From: Camelus ferus
Lineage: Eukaryota
Assembly (NCBI RefSeq): GCF_009834535.1
Contig: NC_045703.1
Span: forward strand, 47,368,001-47,432,000
Length of the DNA: 64,000 nt
Direction of reading: 5' to 3'
Shown: in pieces, positions 50,093 to 63,335 of the stretch
Layout: every line of letters starts with the position of its first letter
Position numbering within the stretch: the first letter of the stretch is position 1
Notes under the pieces: model-generated
Told to the model about the DNA's origin: nothing
The model's database searches: none
The model's input: the letters and a program-made list of their open reading frames with translations, nothing else
Made by a program: the position numbers and the translations under genes

Positions 50093-53000
50093 CCCTCTAC
50101 ACTTGTATGTTACATCTTCCCTTCTTTGCCATCTCTTCATATGTTAAAAAGGGGACAGGGTCCATAAATGAAAAACAGAAGGATACGTTTAAATCAAAGT
50201 CAGGTTCAGCAACTGTAGCAGAAGCATTTTCCTTAGGTATATTTCTGATTCTAACCACAATGGTTCATGATCTAGCTCGGTGCACTTGTGCACATCAGCC
50301 AGGCTGTTGCCTTGTACTTTGTGTGGGAAAAGGTGTCCTGGAGACACAGTCAGATCTAAACACTAGTAATGTTTGTTGTATAACCGAGGTCATGAAGGTG
50401 TTGCATTAAATTACAAAAAATAAAGTCACAGATGCATGTGTATTTTCTTGGGGACTGTCGGGTAGAAACAATCTATGAAAGGCTAAGATGTACTGTTGTC
50501 AGCATCCATCTGTACGTAGGTTTGTAAGGCTGCTGGGGCATGTGTATTGGTGACCACTGTATTCTTCAGTGTAAATCCTTCACACTCGATGGGAAGAGCA
50601 GGTCATGCATTTAGGAACTGAGAAATAGACACGGTGGGGATGAGATTTTCTCCTGATTCCTCCCTCCCTCCTTCTCTTCCTTCTCCTCTTCCTCTTTTTC
50701 TCTTCTTTTCCTTTTTCTAACAAAGGGGCACAATTTTTTTTTTGAGCTCCTGCCCCATCCCCAGCTGGTCTTCAGTCTAGAGATTAAGAATGTTCTTTTT
50801 GTTTAGGTCTGGCCTTTTAAATTTTTCCTGTGCGTTGCTGTTTGTTGCCTCCACAGCTTTACAGTGTATTTTTCTTTTTGTCAAACAGGACAGCTTGAAC
50901 TATGGAGAAACTACTAATAAAATTTCAAGAGGTCAGCCCAGCACATATTGAATAATGACTGCGGAATGTTTTCCCTATTGTTGTGCGGTTCCGGCCTGGC
51001 AGCCCTGGCCAGGGTGGCTCGGCCCAGCCTGCCCGGTGCAGTGTGGGGCCTTTAACCACGGGGCAAGCCATTAACCGGCCGGTGAAGGAGCAGCACATTG
51101 TTGTGTTAAACCACAACAGCGTCTGTGGAATCCAAGAGCCATAAAGCCCTAGCTCTGATGCTGCCTGACACAGGCATAATTCATGAACTCTGTAATTTAA
51201 AGGGATTTCAATGCAATTGTAAAACTAATAAAAAATGAAATGCTTTGGGGAAACATTGGTACATTTTAAAATCAACGGATTCTACTAATTTAAAAATACA
51301 ATCAGCCTGGTAGCTCCTCTGTGTGTGTGAAGGTAAGTCAGATTAAATCTGATGCCAGTAGTTTCAAGTAAGTTCATAGTATTGCTGTCGGACCCAAGAG
51401 AAAAAAAGGAAAGAAAGAAAATGCCAGAACAATTTATGGCCTGTAGCCAGTAACAAAGTGTTTCTCCCTGTACCTTTTTATCATTTACCTCCCATATGTT
51501 GATTATGCCCAACTTAAAAAAAAAATTTTTTTTGAGGAAGGTAACTTTCTAGAAGGTTTAGATTTCAGTCTGGATTAAAAAAAAAAAAAAAAGCCTCAAA
51601 TGAAAGGCTCTCTTTAATCAGATAATTGACTAGTCCGTAATTTTAGCCTGTCTGTGACACACCAGTTGGCAGGTACGGAGGTGCGCAGTCCTGAGCCTCC
51701 ACCTCCTTTCCCCCTTCCTAACCCCCTGGGACTGTCACTGAGCTTCCCTGTCTTACTGCTGGTCTCCAGAGACTGGCCCCAAATATTTTGATGTTCAGAA
51801 AAGGAGAGCCAGCTGTCAGAGGTGACCAGGCAGATGGCACAAAAGGGACGGAGTCACCCACCAAGGGGGGAAGTAGGGCCCCACCAAACAGCTGTCTTAG
51901 ATCCACAGCACCCACATTTCAAACTGATCCCCGGTTTCCTGAAATCCTGTCTCTGAAGTTGTTTGGGAGGCTTTGGTGGGGCTTTGAATACAAGCACATT
52001 AACTCTTCTATTTTAACTCACCCATCATGAGTAATGGCAGCTCAGAAATGCCCTCTATAATGTCACGTCACAAAAAGCTCAGAAAATTATCCCTTAGCCC
52101 TATTGTCTGCCTGTTTTCTTTTATTCCTTCCCTACTCATCACGTTCCCTGGCAGCCATGAATGAAATGTAACATGCTAAATGACTGACATCCATTAAAGC
52201 TCCTCGACAAACCTTGGACTGGGTTTTGAAAGGCCCTTGGAAGAAAAAGGATTGTGTGCTCTTTGAATCTTGGTCTGCTGAATGGCTGCCAAGTGAGGGC
52301 TGCTCCATTCAAAGGGCTGAGTGAATAAATGAGAATAACATCCTTGGGGACCTGCAGGATCGGTTTACTCTGAAAATGCTCAGCTTCACAAAGGGTCAGA
52401 GTCACAAGGTAAATGAAAATGGCTAGGAGGGGACTTTGATGGCCGAAACACGGTAACCGTAGAGGACTTGAAAGAAAACTTTATTTTAAAAAATTTTTTA
52501 AAAGAGGAAAAAGAAAGAAGCGGAGGAAAGGGAGGGAACCTCAGAACTGCAAAGTCAATTGATAAGAACAGAACATTTTGACAATGACGTCCATGAATAT
52601 TCGTTTGTAATTTACACACAGGAGGGATACAGACAGGTATATATGCTTATAAAATTGTATTAAGTCTTCAACTACCAAGAAAAAAAAATTGTATAAACTC
52701 CCCACCTGTCCACATCTGTAAACACTGTAAATTAATTTTATTTTACATGTGAATAAAAACTAGGTCAAAGCCTGTTAGCTCAATTTCTTGGTGAGCTATG
52801 ACCTAAGTGCTCTAATTTTCATCTTAGCTGCAAGTGATAAAATCTAGTGAGAAATCAAACATGCCATGTCTTTTGATCACTCCTTGTTTTTTCTCTACAC
52901 ACGACTTCTCAGTTAAAGTGATTTCTATTAGACCACTTTAATGGAGGTGCATTAAAAGCAGTTTATAGGCAAGAAAGTCAGAAAAACCACTGGAATTCTT

Positions 53001-53322
53001 GACACGTTTCCACAGAGATCCTGCATGGCTTCTGTCACAGGATCACTCCTAGGAAGTCTCTCTGGCCCCTGACTTTTTCAGATCATTTTTAGACATGTAG
53101 ACTGTGGTGGTGTAAAGAAATCTTACAGAGTTAGTTACATCAGATTATCTGCAGTGAAGATGTAAATAGAGTTCTGTTCCCTCCTTTTATTCAGCAGATG
53201 ACAATTGTGATGGAGGCAGGAGCTGATGTGGATGAAGACTGGTGGCAAATGGCCACCTGGCCCCTGTAGGTATGATTTCCAGTAGAGGTGAGATGTCATC
53301 ATACAAATTCAAGCTCGGAGGG

Positions 53323-53759
53323 TGCAGTGGATTGGATAGTGCCCTCCACTTCCCCCAAAAATATATGTCTCCCTAGATTCTGTGACTCTGAGCTCATTTG
53401 GGAAAAGTCTTTGCAGATGTAATTGTTAAGGAATTCAAGATGAGGTCTTCACGGATTAGGGTGCGCTCTAAATCCAGTGACAAGTGTCCTTATAAGAGAG
53501 GGAGAAGGGAATGTAAAGACAGAGGAAGAGATTGGAGCAAAGTGTCTGTAAATGAAGGGATGCCCAGAGTTGCCAGCAGCCACCAGAAGCTAGGAGGAAG
53601 GCTGAGAACAGATTCTCCACAGAGCCTCAGAAGGACTTGCCCCACTGACACCTTCATTTTGAACTTCTGGCCTCCAGAACTGTGAGAAAATAACATTTTG
53701 TTATTTTAAATCCCCCAGTTTGCGATAATTTGTTACAGCAACTCCAAGAAACTCATACA
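53323..53759 (+). mobile_element. MLT1C-like MaLR solo LTR, full length
   Basis: TG...CA; gtctttgcagatgtaatt...aaatccagtgacaagtgtccttataagaga...gacttctggcctccagaactgtgaga-like text...gaaactcataca; near-TSD gaggg/gatgg. Confidence 0.9.
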
Positions 53760-55505
53760 GATGGCAATGACTGCGTGCTATCGCAGTCACAAGGTCGTCC
53801 AGCTCGGGCTTGCTCCTCTCCAGGAAGAGGGAAATTAGTGCCTGGTGAGGCAGCCCATTGAGTGATTGGGTCACACTGGCCGTACAGTGGGAAATTGGCT
53901 TTCAGTTACTGTTTTCTTTCAGAATGTCTGATTCGCAAGAATGGACAATGGATGTTATATATGAGAGACTGGTACTTCCTTTTGTTTGTATATGTACATA
54001 TTTTAAAAGAGCATGACTATACCCTTGAAGAAAATCTTGTTAAAAGAGACGAATTACTGTATTTACTTAATTGTCTGAATTCAAAACTTTAGGGGGTGGC
54101 CAATTTGATTTAGACTTAATTGATGACACTGGCTGAAAGAAATTTTGAGTAAAGGTAATTTATTTAAAATAGACCGTTTTCAGGACATAAAAAAAGTTAA
54201 AAGAATACATTTATTAAGCTTGAGTTTTGAGGAATTAGATTGATAGCACAAAATGCTCTCTATTCATTATAAAAATTTCAAGGAATACAATATTCAAAGA
54301 AGAGTTTCAAGTATGCCTCACTATCAACAAAAAAGTTTTTAGGTTTCAGTGGCCTGAAAAAGTTGATCTGTTTTCCTACTTCAGTAATTCCCAAGAAGTA
54401 AGATATTGGGGAAAAAAGTGACTGAAAGTGTAAATTTAGAAAGCAGGAGTTATAACCAGCAGTAAATATGTAAATGCCCATTTGGCTGTTTAAAATCTGT
54501 ATGTGGATGGAAATGTAGTGGAAAAGAAAAACATAAATTATCCAGAGTGGATTTATCACAATTATGTATTCTAAAAATCCTATCTTAAAAAAATGCCAAA
54601 GAAGACTGACACATGGAATTCATTACATTTTAGCTAATGGTTTCAATCAAATTTATACCAGAGCTGAGTAGGCAGCAAGTATTTCTGGACCTGTGTCTCC
54701 AATCACAGGGTACCCAGAGACAGAGGCATTCACACACAGAGGAAATTCAGTACCCAGACTACTGAATGCTAATGCCTTTCCCACCCACACTTTTTACTCC
54801 AGGGATAAAATGATTTTTTTTTTAAATTTAGGCTCTATGAAAGGCCAAAATAGTTAGTAGGATAAGTAGTATTTTTTTAACATTATTCCATGACAAGTTT
54901 ATAGTAGAATTGGATGGGATGGAAGGAGAACATTGCAGTTGTTTTTTGTGGCATGGCATGATACTTTTTCAAAACTTGGTAGTTTACACATAGAAGAAAT
55001 AAGAAAAGAATGATTTATTGACACTGGCCATGCAAATTTGTGTTATTCTTTTTTTTTCATGCATTTAAATGTGATTTAATGTTGACATCTATCTAGATAA
55101 TCTTTAAATTCTAATTTTTATTTGGAGTATTTTGTTAATTCTTCATATACTAAATATATTTTATTAACTTGGACAAATGAACTATCCTTTTTTGTTTCCT
55201 TTGAGGTGTGGGGATTGGTGAAAAGGAGAACTCTACGTGAGAGTTCTGTTTGGTTTGTTAATTTCTTTTCGCAAGGTGGCTTTGAAAGGAATCGGTTTGA
55301 AAGTTATTGTCAGCTATGGATTCTGTTGAAGTGGGATGGGGGAATTCTTTGCCTGCGTGTACAGTTTTGGCCTTCAGGGGGCAGCCAAGTGCAGCGAAGC
55401 TAACTGAACTGGCAAGCACTGCCCTGTTTTCATGTTACCTGAGTAACCCTAGTTCCCCTAAAATGCAGCAAAAGCCAAAGTAAGCACTCCTGCACCATCT
55501 GTCAC

Positions 55506-55701
55506 NNNNNNNNNNNNNNNNNNNNNNNNNNNNNNNNNNNNNNNNNNNNNNNNNNNNNNNNNNNNNNNNNNNNNNNNNNNNNNNNNNNNNNNNNNNNNNN
55601 NNNNNNNNNNNNNNNNNNNNNNNNNNNNNNNNNNNNNNNNNNNNNNNNNNNNNNNNNNNNNNNNNNNNNNNNNNNNNNNNNNNNNNNNNNNNNNNNNNNN
55701 N
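55506..55701. other. N run, 196 nt (gap or masked sequence)
   Basis: Counted directly. Confidence 0.99.
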
Positions 55702-56959
55702 TCAGAACCAAAAAGTAAGGTGACTGCCTGCAACATCCAGGCTAGCCCAGATGGCATATTATGCCATGTATCATAGGCATTCTAAACTCTACAGTCTGAC
55801 ATCAATTGGTTATAATGCATTTGCAAAAAATAAAAAATACCCCCCCAAAAAGAGGATTTTGGCATTTGTTTCTTATTTCTGCTTTTTTACTTCTTAACTG
55901 GTAGACTTATGTTCTTGGTGAGAAGATACTGCACTTAAGATATTTTGTGTGGGTGGTTTGGATAAGAAACTCCCCTCCCCTGGAAGATTCATTGGAAATA
56001 ATAATACATTTGATATTTATGTCGACTAGAGTGCTGAAATTCTTTCCTCTCTCTTCTCTCAGAAGTAAAGGAGGACAGTAAACATTTTCTTTCTTCTTAA
56101 TGACAGATACCAGGTTGAAAGAGGAAGCTCTGGTTGTTGAATGAATAAGTGAGGGAAGGGAGGAAGGAAGGAAGGCAGAATGGAAGAAAGGAAAGGAGGC
56201 AAAGAAGGAAAATCCAGTAATTTTCATTATTCCTCAGCGATCTTCTTACTCTTAGGAAATGACCCATTGATCTCTTTTCTCAAAGTCATTTCAATTTTGA
56301 GTCCATCAGCATCCTTAAAAGTATGAATACTCTTATTTACCTTTCAGACAGTAGCCTAAAGAGTAACAGACCTCCAGATCATCCCTCATCTATACTCATG
56401 CACACATACCCTGGTGTAAAAGATCTGTAAAATACTACCTAGATATTTGCAATTTTAGCACCAACTTTTTGTTTTGTCTTGGACCCAATGGAGTAATGGA
56501 ACTTGAAATGCCCACTCTTTTCTTCCTCTACCAGCAATGTTTTTCTAATTATTGTATAAAAGACAGTCCCTGTAGTACTAGACCCGCGTTTCTGGTTGTA
56601 TGCACTTCAGGAATCTTTTGGTCTAGTGCAGTTTAAGCTTATGATTGGAATTTAGTTTTGTACAATGGTCATTATCAATCCTGCTTGCTATTTTCTAAAG
56701 TGTAAAGTTATTATGGCAATACTTTGCCTGAATATCATGAGAGAGAATAAGTCAAGAATACAATAATCACAATTGTATGATTCCATAATTGGTATTTACA
56801 ATTGGTAATTGGTATTATCATTTACAGAGCATCTTCTATGTTTCCAACACTGTATTAGGAAATTTATTTATATTAACACCCAACTCTCACAAAAATTACA
56901 AAAAGTAGGTATTATACCCAATTTGTATATGTTTAAACTGAAGCTCAGGGATATTAAGT

Positions 56960-58480
56960 AATTAATTAAGTTACTTCAAGGGAGGTAACTATTTTCTAAA
57001 GAAGAAATAAAATAAAAGCAGGATAATTCTAAGAAGAAATTAAGGAAAGACACCTAACTTAATAGATATGAAACTGTATAAAGATATAATCATTAAAAGT
57101 AAATTTATGGCACAGGAATAAACAAATTGACAGGACTGAAAAGAAAATTCAGTAGTAAACCCAAGTATGGCTAGTAACTAATTTTATTGAAACTTCCTTA
57201 ATAACAGATGCCTGGCTGCATGTTCTGCATACTTTTTAATCACTTAAACCTCAAGTGCTCCTAGGAGACATTATTATCTCTGCATTTTAGACAAGGAAAC
57301 TGAAGCTTAGACGTATAACTGTAGTAACTTGTCCAAAGTTATACAGTTAGTGGGAACATAAGTTTTTATACTTCTAGCATCAAACTGCTTTACCATTATG
57401 TCCAGTTTCTTCAGTGTATCATGGAATTTAGTGCATGTTAAAAGTAGCATTTTAAAGTCAGCTAGAGGAAAAACAATAAATTATTCAGTAAGCAGTGTTA
57501 GGATAACTCTATAAATTGAGTATTTAACTTAATCATACCAAAATAAATTCCAGATGGATAAAATATATAAATATAAACAGTGAATCCATAAACATCCTAA
57601 AAGAAAACTAGAATGAGTATTTTTATGTTCTTGGGAAGGCCATTTTAAATATGACAATAAAACCAGGAATCATAAAGTAAAATGTTGATAACTTTGACTG
57701 TAAAATGTGATAAATTTTAACTGTAAACAATTTAAAAGACAAACAAATTACTAGGAAAATATTCACAACATATATGCTAGGCCAAGTACTAATGATGTTA
57801 ATAGATACAGGACTCTTCAAATCAATTTAAAAAATCAATACTTTAATAGCAGAGTGGGAAAAGTTTATGAATAAATACTTTACAAGAGGAGAAATACAAA
57901 AGGTCAAAAATATCCATAATAATCAAAGAAAAGTAAATTAAAACAGGAATGAGATTGCATTTTTTCCCTATTTGATTGAAAAAGATCAATGCTTTGTGCA
58001 AACAATGGTTTGGGAAAAAATGGTATCTCATAAAATGTAATTTGTTACTGAATCAAAAATAAAAATACCATTTGTCCTAATAGTTCCACTTTAAAAATCT
58101 TAAGAAACTAATTATACAATTAAATAAAATATATCACAAGATATTTAAAATGTTCAAGTAGATTTATTGCCCCATTACTTATTATAGAGTAAAATTGGAA
58201 ACAATATAAATGTCTATCATGGAGGCATTTCTGTTAGAGGTTATGGTACATGGATACAATGGAATACTATGAGCCTCTAGAAGTAATGTTACAAAGCTAT
58301 ATTTATGAGCATGGAAATGTGTTCATGACATTCAAGTTAAAAAAAATGCAAGCTACAAACCAGCCGTGAAAAATCATATGTGAATACTAATATATGTCTA
58401 AAGAGAAGTCTACTAGCTATTCAACAAAACATTATGAGTATTACACTGCTTTTTAAAAAAAATCTTTATTGTATTTAAAT
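56960..58480 (+). mobile_element. Old L1M (L1ME-like) ORF2/3' remnant, interrupted by a MIR at about 57190-57400
   Basis: ataccaaaataaattccagatggat...aaacatcctaaaagaaaac...aaattggaaacaatataaatgtctatca...atggaatactatgagcc. Confidence 0.7.
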
Positions 58481-58779
58481 ACTTTGTTTTATGATGCCTT
58501 ATTTTTAGTACTAGGAAAGCAGCAACGCTATTTTCCTTTTGGGAAACTGTTGTGAAGACATACATGGGCTGGAACTGAGTGAAACAGGATGGAAAGAAAG
58601 TGATTCTGAGACTCCTTGGATTTCCTACAGGCTTTACAGCCTCTCTGGAGCATCTTTACTTCTGCCAGGCAACCACTCTGTTCTCCTTTTTGATGCAAAT
58701 GTGTTCTGCTCTGCCATTACTTTGGTTTGCACATGGCATTGGCTAGTCATGACCCATGCTGTCATGGTGCCATTTCTGC

Positions 58780-59100
58780 ATTTATGTTAACTGGCCTTAC
58801 TGATCTCTGGGAATTTCCTACTCAGAAATCTTGGAGAAAAGGAATCTGATTGACCCAAGCTATCGTTTCTTTTCTTCAACCGAGATCCTGTCAAAATGTC
58901 ATTGACAGGCTTGTGGCTTGGTTATCCTTGGGTCAGGTGTTCACTCAATACAATTACTAGGGCTGATGGGGGGTATTTCATGATACCCAGGCTACCCAGG
59001 CCAGCCCCTCAAATAGCTTGGGAGCAAGGACATTTCCTTTACAAGGGCATTCTGGTGGGCAGGCAGGGATTAGCCACTTGGCAATTGGAACTATAGTACA
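58780..59100 (-). mobile_element. Old MLT1 (K-O-like) LTR fragment
   Basis: aggaatctgattgacccaagc...ttgggtcaggtgttcactcaatacaat. Confidence 0.45.
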
Positions 59101-60398
59101 GTGACTATCCAGCTTACTTCCTCTGACTCTCCTTTAACAATTTAAAGAGCTGACAGGGAAGAACATGTCAGCATTTCCTCTATATAACTGAGTAACCTTG
59201 GAAATCTAGAAAAAAGAGGCAACCCGACCATATTCAATTGGGAAACGTTTTGCTCAGTTTAGGAAAAGTGTGCCATTGAAATAATTAGATGTCATTAGCA
59301 AATCTGACCTCTATGTGCAAAAATACACAGATCATTGAGCACTCTGGTGAACATCTTTAAGAGCCACTCAGAAATTCTTCACAGCATGAATAATATAAAA
59401 TTTTGCTTCAAGAAATATAATAGGTAACTCTCTACAAAGTTAAAAATCAAAGAAGATAGAAACATAGCCTTCAAAATGATAATTTAAATAGTTTGGTCTA
59501 AATAAATCTCTTTAATAAAAATTTATAGCAACATTAATTTGTCTGTGTTGTGCCAACTTAAAATTTGAATTTCTAATAAATTCTAAATGGCAATGATCTG
59601 TGCTGGTCAATTACTATAATTCACCATCTCTAAATATCTTACTACAAGTCACAAATCTTACTGATTCATAAACCAAGATAAGAAACTTAAGTAATGACTT
59701 TGTCCAAATTCATATATTTAATTATTTGCTTGAACAAAGCAAAATCAAATCAGGCAATTATCCAGAGGACTAATTTGCATGACCTAATGTCAATAATAAT
59801 ATTAAAATTCCGTAAGCAAAATAGAATAAATGTTGATATTACCTTAAAAGGCCAGTGTTTCCAGCCCAAATCGGAAGATTAGATTCCATGATATTACTTC
59901 TTTTAGATTATATTTATGAAAGATTTTAATGCAAGTAAACAAAATCCTTTCATTTTGTTATTCCATTATTTCAAAACTATAATTAAAATTCCTGAAGTGT
60001 CTTGGAAAATGCTAGCACTAAGGATAAGATTTAAAAAGATACAACCCTCAATATAAAGGAATTTGAAGTTTAGTAGAGAAGACAGACAAATGAAGAGATT
60101 ACAGCATGTATTTTCCTGTAAAAGTGTTCAAGATGTCATGGGAAGCCTAGGCATTATTCTTTTTCTCATTTTTGTTGGGAGTCATCTGTATATTAATATT
60201 CTCATGGACATTCAAGTGTTGCAATATCCTGGTTTTGAGTGTCTTTTTAGGATAGAGCCATAACACGTTTTGGGAGTTAATACATAGTCTACACATATGC
60301 ACACAAGCCCTTAGGCATAATTTCTACTGATATGAAACATGACTTTAAATTCTTGCCAAATAACACTTCTGTAGTTTTTTTTTTTTTAACTCGATGAG

Positions 60399-60554
60399 NN
60401 NNNNNNNNNNNNNNNNNNNNNNNNNNNNNNNNNNNNNNNNNNNNNNNNNNNNNNNNNNNNNNNNNNNNNNNNNNNNNNNNNNNNNNNNNNNNNNNNNNNN
60501 NNNNNNNNNNNNNNNNNNNNNNNNNNNNNNNNNNNNNNNNNNNNNNNNNNNNNN
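60399..60554. other. N run, 156 nt (gap or masked sequence)
   Basis: Counted directly. Confidence 0.99.
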
Positions 60555-61764
60555 TTTTTTTAACACACGCATTGTTGATTTTCTATGTAGGGTAAAAAGC
60601 ATGTGCCTTATTCAAGTAATTGGTATTCAGTCTCTTACACTTACCTTGTTTAAAATTCCTTCTTTTTCCTACTCTCTAATATCAACTTACAAGCCATTTT
60701 GTAGTGCCCTGGGTCATCGTGTTTTGTAGATAAAAATCTCTTAATACAAGGAGGTAAAAAAAGGGGAAAAGTGAATTGATACACGGGCTAAACACTTCCT
60801 CCATGGGCCATGCAAGAGACCTGAGGAATTTTCTTGATGATCCGTTTCATTTCCTAGTTATACAACTTAGAAAAAGATAACCTTCCAGAGAATCCACTGA
60901 GAAAGTGCTCTTCTAACCTAATTGTGGGATTTCAATTTCAATTAAAATAGGACTTCTCTCTACCTAGTCTGAAGCTGAGAATGAGAGTAGAATTTTTCTT
61001 TTTCAGCTAAAGGCTGCGAGCCAGCAAACTCAATGTGAAAGAGAGAAAAATGGAGAGAACAAAAACGCAGAATCTGAAGATGTGTTACTACACGTCAGGA
61101 TAAATATCATGCAAGAGAAGAGAGATGATGTTTTTCAAATATTTAAAACACAATTTACAGCCACTTGCTTCAGCCCAGTTAATAGAAATATAGTTAGACT
61201 GTGGGAAATGGATAGTTTTTTTTTTTCAGTGATCAAAATGCTAAAAGATATGTGAATTGTGAGAGAATTAAAGGCTAACTGGTCATATTAATATCCGCAT
61301 TTTGACTTGTGCAGAACTTAAAGTGCTCCTGGTTTGAGTCTTTTTTTCTCCCTTCTTCTTTTCCTCTCTTCCTCCCTTCCTTTCTCTCACTTTTTTTCCT
61401 GTTCCTCTTCTTTCAATTTGTTGAAAGAGTAAGAGAGCGGATGCAGGCACCCGTGCCGGTGTCTGCTTCTACGGCATGTTTAAGCCTAGGACAACACCCA
61501 CCTACCTACCTGGGGGTTCCCTGTCTGAATTAAAATAGTATCATTGCCACTGCTTCCTTTAAAAGAGTTATTGTAGTCCCTATTATCTTTAGGTTTAATG
61601 AATTCTTACATATGCTAATTGGAGACTCACTAAGGTAGAATCAAATTATGTTTGACCTATGTGTTCCTTGGAAACGTTTTCAACTGAATTGAGAGGAAAT
61701 GTAAAAATACATGGAATTAGTACAGACGTTTTCTTCCAAGGAGTTTACAAGGGTTTACTAAAGC

Positions 61765-62222
61765 ATCTGAGAGTATCTGTGGCCTGTTCTCAGACCCACG
61801 GACACTTCTCCAGGCTCCTGCTCCTGCTCTTGACACTTGCAGGCTACGTTTCCCAGGCTCTGCTGTCAGCCAGCCCCCGGACCAGTGGGAGGCTCTGGTG
61901 GGAGACTGGAGCGCAAGAGAAGAGAGAAGCCAGAGTGTTTCTTTGCCCATCTCTGTGCTGCTGGTGGCCTCTCTAGCAATGACTGCTTCTCCTCCATGGC
62001 TCCAGCCCCCACCAGACTTGCTGGCCATTGTTCCTTCTGAGTAATCTTGTCCCCTGTCTTTTACAATAGCATCTTCACTCTTTGTCTAACCAGCCTAGTG
62101 CTGGCAATGAATTATTTTTGTTACTCTCTCTGGGTTTCCTTACTATCACCTATGTAACCAATTCCCTGCATTAAAATCACTGGAAGTAATTTGTTTCTTC
62201 CTGGTTAGACCGTTCCTGATCT
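61765..62222 (+). mobile_element. LTR33-like ERVL solo LTR
   Basis: accagtgggaggctctggtgggagactggag...agcctagtgctggcaat...cctatgtaaccaattccctgcattaaa...gttcctgatcta. Confidence 0.7.
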
Positions 62223-63335
62223 AACTTACTTTTATAAGTCATTGTGGAATAAATTTTCAAAGAGTTGCAAATTTCAGGGGGAAAAAAGTCTAGGTTATGC
62301 CAATAATACTGGCCACATATTGCAAAAGTTACCAAATAAATCAATGGCTATTTTTTTTCTACATGAGAATAAAAAGCTAGTTTAATAGATTTATTTTCTT
62401 CCATAATTGAGTAATTTTTTGGATTTGCGTTGGTGTAATTTTATCCCATAGTTGCTGCCTCCCCTATGGTTACTTAGAGAAAAGCTACTCAAAGCATAAC
62501 ATTTGGAATTGAATGCCCAATTGGCTGTCTAAAGCTTCCTGGGGACATTTTGGTCTCAATCATACCATTGGACATGTTGCATACAAAATGAGTATTGGCT
62601 GTCTGAAAATTCTGAAATGGTCAAATTTACTGTGAGTTTAGTAAAGAAAAGGAAGGACAGAAGAGGAGAGGAAAAGAAAGGAAAAGACCCACCTGAAACA
62701 CATGGGTGCCATGAAGCCTGGCTCTGTCACAAACTGCTGCTTTGGGAAGATCATTTAACTCCTTCCAGCCTCAATTTAACAGGAAGGGATTTGAATGAGT
62801 TCAGATGATGCTCCATGAATAACAGAACAGTAAACTCAAAACTCATCCAGTTTAAACATTAAGGACAATTTGTTATTATAAATGACAAAAGCCCATAGGT
62901 GGAGCTGCTCCAAGTTGTCCAGACTTGGTAATGCGGGAGCTCAGGGCATCCCCCAAGGCCAGGTTCCTTCCCTTATTCTCTCTACTGTCCTGGACTCCCT
63001 TGCGGTCACAAAGTTCAAGACAGAACCTGCACATGAGACAAAATCGAGCAGAAGATGTCTTCTCTTCTTTGAGTCTCTTCTTTAAGAATGCAAGACCCTT
63101 TCCCAGAAGCACCCAGGTGACTCTTGAAGTTGGAATGAACCACGCTAAAATTTGGACATATTTTACAGATAATTTTAATTGCTATATTTGCTTATAACTC
63201 TTAGGGAATAAGAGTAGTATAAAAGTCAGAATTACTAGATGACATAGCAAGAAAAACATATCTCCTATTTCTTATTTTTAAACATGTTTTTGGATTGTTA
63301 CATAGAGAATGGTTTGGAATGTTTTCCCCCTCTAG

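Noticed and set aside
53768-53971. 8-bp hairpin tgactgcg/cgcagtca and a 49-nt exon candidate (53923-53971)
   Set aside because: The stem is too short for a structured RNA. The acceptor is good but the donor (gtactt) is weak and the peptide MSDSQEWTMDVIYERL is unrecognised.
60637-60650. Minus-strand consensus donor AAG|gtaagt next to N run 4 (also one near 8190)
   Set aside because: No convincing partner acceptor or open frame; isolated consensus donors are expected by chance at this length.
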